Positions 33,238 to 35,988 of a DNA stretch of 35,988 nucleotides are shown here, one piece after another. The notes below the pieces were generated by a model, which ran no database searches, was not told the DNA's origin, and saw only the letters and a program-made list of their open reading frames with translations. The DNA comes from an uncultured Nitrososphaerota archaeon (GTDB lineage: Archaea > Thermoproteota > EX4484-205 > JAAOZO01): contig CAYOYV010000016.1 in assembly GCA_964408285.1 (NCBI GenBank), positions 1 through 35,988 of the forward strand, read 5' to 3'. Positions within the stretch are counted from its first letter, which is position 1; each line of letters begins with the position of its first letter. Position numbers and translations under genes: made by a program.

Positions 33238-35988
33238 CTACTTTCCGGGTGCGCCGAAAAGCTGAGGTAGACTCTTCCTTCTGTATATGTTGTATTCCTG
33301 TGCAGCTATGATGAGTATCAGCAGCACTATGATTATGGCGATCAGCCAGAGTGCGAATCCTGCGAATGTTAGACCTTGTCCGAAGACTTCTATGAAGACT
33401 CCTGTCGTTATCTTCTGTAGTGTGTCGGCTGTCACGTTGACAGTTGCGGTTGCCTCGACTCCTCTGCTCGATACCCTGACCTCGTAGCTGCCGTATGGTA
33501 CTTCTACTGCAGCCATTCCGTCAGGATTCGTGACACCTGTGAATACTGGCGTTGTCGTTCCTGTTGGAGTTATGGTCACGGAGGAACCACCCAGTCCCTG
33601 GTTCTGTGCACCTACCACTTGTATCTGGAGGATTGCTACCTTGCTCGCTGTCATTAGGTATGTCCTTGACACAGATACCGAGAGTGGTGCCGCTGGACTT
33701 ACGTCCTTTCCGAACCAAGTCGCTGAGACTGCGTAGCTACCTGCCGGTATCTGGGTCACCTCAACGGATCCCTCAGCACCGGTCTTGCCAACGCCTACCG
33801 GTCCTACCTTGATGTCAGCTCCAACTATTGGCTTTCCTGATGGAGTCACCAGCTTCACAGTGGCATCGTATATCGGCAATGCTATGCTGACCGTCAGTGG
33901 CTCTTCAGTTACTTCGAACCAGATCGGAGCGGCCAACTTTGCAGTTCCGTATGCCGTAGTTGCTGTGGCGTCGACTTTGTACTTTCCTGCTGGCACGAGA
34001 GGCAGTGTTGCCGAAGAGCCTGTTATCGCGGCTGGAGCAAATCCGAGTGATGGTGTGATTGTGATCGTTCCAACCACGGCTCTCTTCGACGGTGACTGAT
34101 CTGCCAGGTTGATGGTGAGACTGAATACCTTAGTGTTGTAGGTTCTTGCCTGTGATGCTGCCTTGTCCACTCCAGAGCTGGTTGCCTCTGCAACCATCAT
34201 CGCCCACAGATATGGGCTCTCAACTGGTGTGGATGTCTGACCTCCACCCACTGGTATTGGAATACCAGGGTCGGTCACATCGGTCAGCAAGTAGATGAAC
34301 TTGTGCTGTGGCTCATCCCTGAATGTGTCCCATACGACTGTGCCGTCAACCTTGCCGAATGGTTGTGCGATTCCCTTCGTTCCGTCTGACTTGAAGTATA
34401 TCCTGACTATGTACTTGCCCCTGAGCATGTTGAATCCTAGGTTCAGCTTCGTGCCTTCCGCGGACGCCAGCGGATCAGCTGGGAATATGACTGGAGTTGG
34501 CAGAGCCACACTTCCAGGATATCCGAACTCATCCGTCAGCGCAGCAGTTATGTTATAGTTGTTCGTGGCATCGAAGATGAATACCCAGGCGTTCTTGAGG
34601 AACGTCACTTTGTCTCCAGCGTGGATCGTCAGCTGTAGCTTTGCTGGCCACCGCATCACGAACCAGCCGGATGCCCAATCAACAGCTCCGCCCTCAAGCG
34701 TCATGTTCAGGAACTGTAGCCTTAGTTGCCAGTCCTTGACCAAGTCCTTCGCTGGCTTCTGGGTCAGGTTCGTGGTTCCTATATCGAGCTCGTAGAAGCC
34801 CCAGAGGATTTCTGTCGGCGTCGACCTTAGAACCAAAACCCTTCTGTCGAAGCCTGTCACGCGATAGAGAGGTGTGTATTTCTCCATCAGCTTGGTCCTC
34901 GGCACTAGAGTTGCGCCAGAGCCATCTTTTATCGCCTCCCTGAACACCTGAACGAGTTGGTCTCCCAGGTCATTCAGGAATACGTCGTCGACCTCTATTG
35001 CCAGATCGTTTGCTATTGTCTTCATCGTTACGTATGCGAAGAAGTCAGAGTAGCTCGTCACGGTCGCTGGACCCACCTTCCTTCCTTGGAAGAGGCCTCC
35101 AGACAATATGCCCGTGCCCTTCAGCCTTGCGGCTGAGTTTGTCGTGAGTGACTTCCAGAGAGCAGCCTTGTGAGTTGCGGAGTTGTATAGACCAGTTGCG
35201 TTCAGTGACCAGATTTCCGTCAACATCCACGGAGTCTTAAGTCCAAGGGTTGTCGCTTCTGAAGTGAAGTTGATTTGGTGGATTGTGGCTGCAAGCTTCG
35301 GTGTATCACCGGAAGGTATTCCAACGGTGGTTCCTGGTATTGTGGTGAAGTTGGCGTATAGTGGTGTTCCGAACAGATCACCAGATAGCTGCCATCTGTT
35401 CCACGTGTATAGGTTGATGCCTAATGGTCCGAGATCCTTTATCCATGGTTTTTGCGGTCCCTCCTTGAACTGCCCTATATAGGCAGTACCGGGCAGTGGA
35501 CCATCGAGATACTGATCTGCGTCCATGTAAGTGAACAAGTTGGCGCTCTTGCTGTAGTTCCAGACCGGTACCAGAACCTTGAACTGGCCATTTGTGTCTG
35601 TCGTTCCCTCCATCAAGAACTGCGATGAACCGAAGAATGGCGGAACTGGAGTCCAAGGTATCTCAACGAGTGTTATCGGGCTCGTTACTGGTGGTCCCCA
35701 GAGTCTCTTGACGACGGTTAGGTTGAAGCCCTTGTACAGCTTGCTTGCGTTCAGGAGTGAGAATTCTTGAGCAGCTGGTGATGTCACCAGGCTGAATGTC
35801 GGCCACCATGTTACGTTCAGACCAGCCCAGAATACCTGAGCCTTCAGATTTGCTATTCCGAATACCTTGAAGTCGCCCTTCTCTATTGGTGAGTTGTTCA
35901 CCTGGAACACGTATGGATATACTGAGGTCCTTGTTGGGTTCTCCTTACTCTGGTATGGGTTGTTGAAGGCTATTGACTCGTTGAATAC
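33238..35988 (-). CDS. Large S-layer-like surface glycoprotein with C-terminal beta-sandwich (carboxypeptidase-regulatory-like) domains and TM anchor, 5'-partial
   Basis: Frame stays open to the window end (VFNESIAFNNPY...). Repeated G.T...G.......P.G.Y.V motifs, many N-x-S/T sequons (NVT, NAS, NLT, NYS, NFT, NAT, NMT, NIT), TM FALWLIAIIIVLLILIIAA then YRRK tail. Confidence 0.8.
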   Translation of the reverse strand, partial: VFNESIAFNNPYQSKENPTRTSVYPYVFQVNNSPIEKGDFKVFGIANLKAQVFWAGLNVTWWPTFSLVTSPAAQEFSLLNASKLYKGFNLTVVKRLWGPPVTSPITLVEIPWTPVPPFFGSSQFLMEGTTDTNGQFKVLVPVWNYSKSANLFTYMDADQYLDGPLPGTAYIGQFKEGPQKPWIKDLGPLGINLYTWNRWQLSGDLFGTPLYANFTTIPGTTVGIPSGDTPKLAATIHQINFTSEATTLGLKTPWMLTEIWSLNATGLYNSATHKAALWKSLTTNSAARLKGTGILSGGLFQGRKVGPATVTSYSDFFAYVTMKTIANDLAIEVDDVFLNDLGDQLVQVFREAIKDGSGATLVPRTKLMEKYTPLYRVTGFDRRVLVLRSTPTEILWGFYELDIGTTNLTQKPAKDLVKDWQLRLQFLNMTLEGGAVDWASGWFVMRWPAKLQLTIHAGDKVTFLKNAWVFIFDATNNYNITAALTDEFGYPGSVALPTPVIFPADPLASAEGTKLNLGFNMLRGKYIVRIYFKSDGTKGIAQPFGKVDGTVVWDTFRDEPQHKFIYLLTDVTDPGIPIPVGGGQTSTPVESPYLWAMMVAEATSSGVDKAASQARTYNTKVFSLTINLADQSPSKRAVVGTITITPSLGFAPAAITGSSATLPLVPAGKYKVDATATTAYGTAKLAAPIWFEVTEEPLTVSIALPIYDATVKLVTPSGKPIVGADIKVGPVGVGKTGAEGSVEVTQIPAGSYAVSATWFGKDVSPAAPLSVSVSRTYLMTASKVAILQIQVVGAQNQGLGGSSVTITPTGTTTPVFTGVTNPDGMAAVEVPYGSYEVRVSSRGVEATATVNVTADTLQKITTGVFIEVFGQGLTFAGFALWLIAIIIVLLILIIAAQEYNIYRRKSLPQLFGAPGK

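Noticed and set aside
1-35988. CRISPR arrays, tRNA/rRNA genes, IS elements, integrases
   Set aside because: No regularly spaced DNA repeats, cloverleaf/T-loop motifs or transposase/integrase ORFs seen by eye; tRNAscan-SE and Rfam would be needed to exclude atypical RNAs.

Overview
Archaeal chromosomal window, most likely from a TACK/Thermoproteota lineage (eS26, eS30, GatDE, archaeal-type ProRS and ThrRS, Nop5/fibrillarin, Cdc6/Orc1, Rpo12). It is dense with housekeeping genes. In order: rfcS (5'-truncated by the window edge, carrying a 380-aa intein with an HNH rather than LAGLIDADG endonuclease) and rfcL, converging on a THUMP-cdc6-wHTH operon; rpo12 (missed by the ORF track); a glycogen-debranching enzyme; acs with an OFA-type MFS transporter, an ECF S component and a PD-(D/E)XK-like protein; a small protein resembling eukaryotic ribosomal protein eL22; gatE-gatD; a 1252-aa membrane-anchored Ig-repeat/stalk surface protein; elp3; rps30e (missed by the ORF track); nop5-fibrillarin-rnhB; a degenerate DUF3160-like protein with a membrane-bound wHTH; proS-rps26e-padR-CDP-alcohol phosphatidyltransferase; thrS; a nitroreductase; a double zinc-ribbon membrane protein; and the 3' part of a large S-layer-like gene. 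No CRISPR array, tRNA, rRNA or transposase was seen. I cannot demonstrate a complete new multi-gene system. The best leads are the HNH intein, the eL22-like protein, a ThrRS with Asp in place of its zinc-ligand Cys, and a Cdc6 with a Glu-to-Asn Walker B change coupled to a small wHTH gene. All family assignments come from motif recognition by eye, without database searches.
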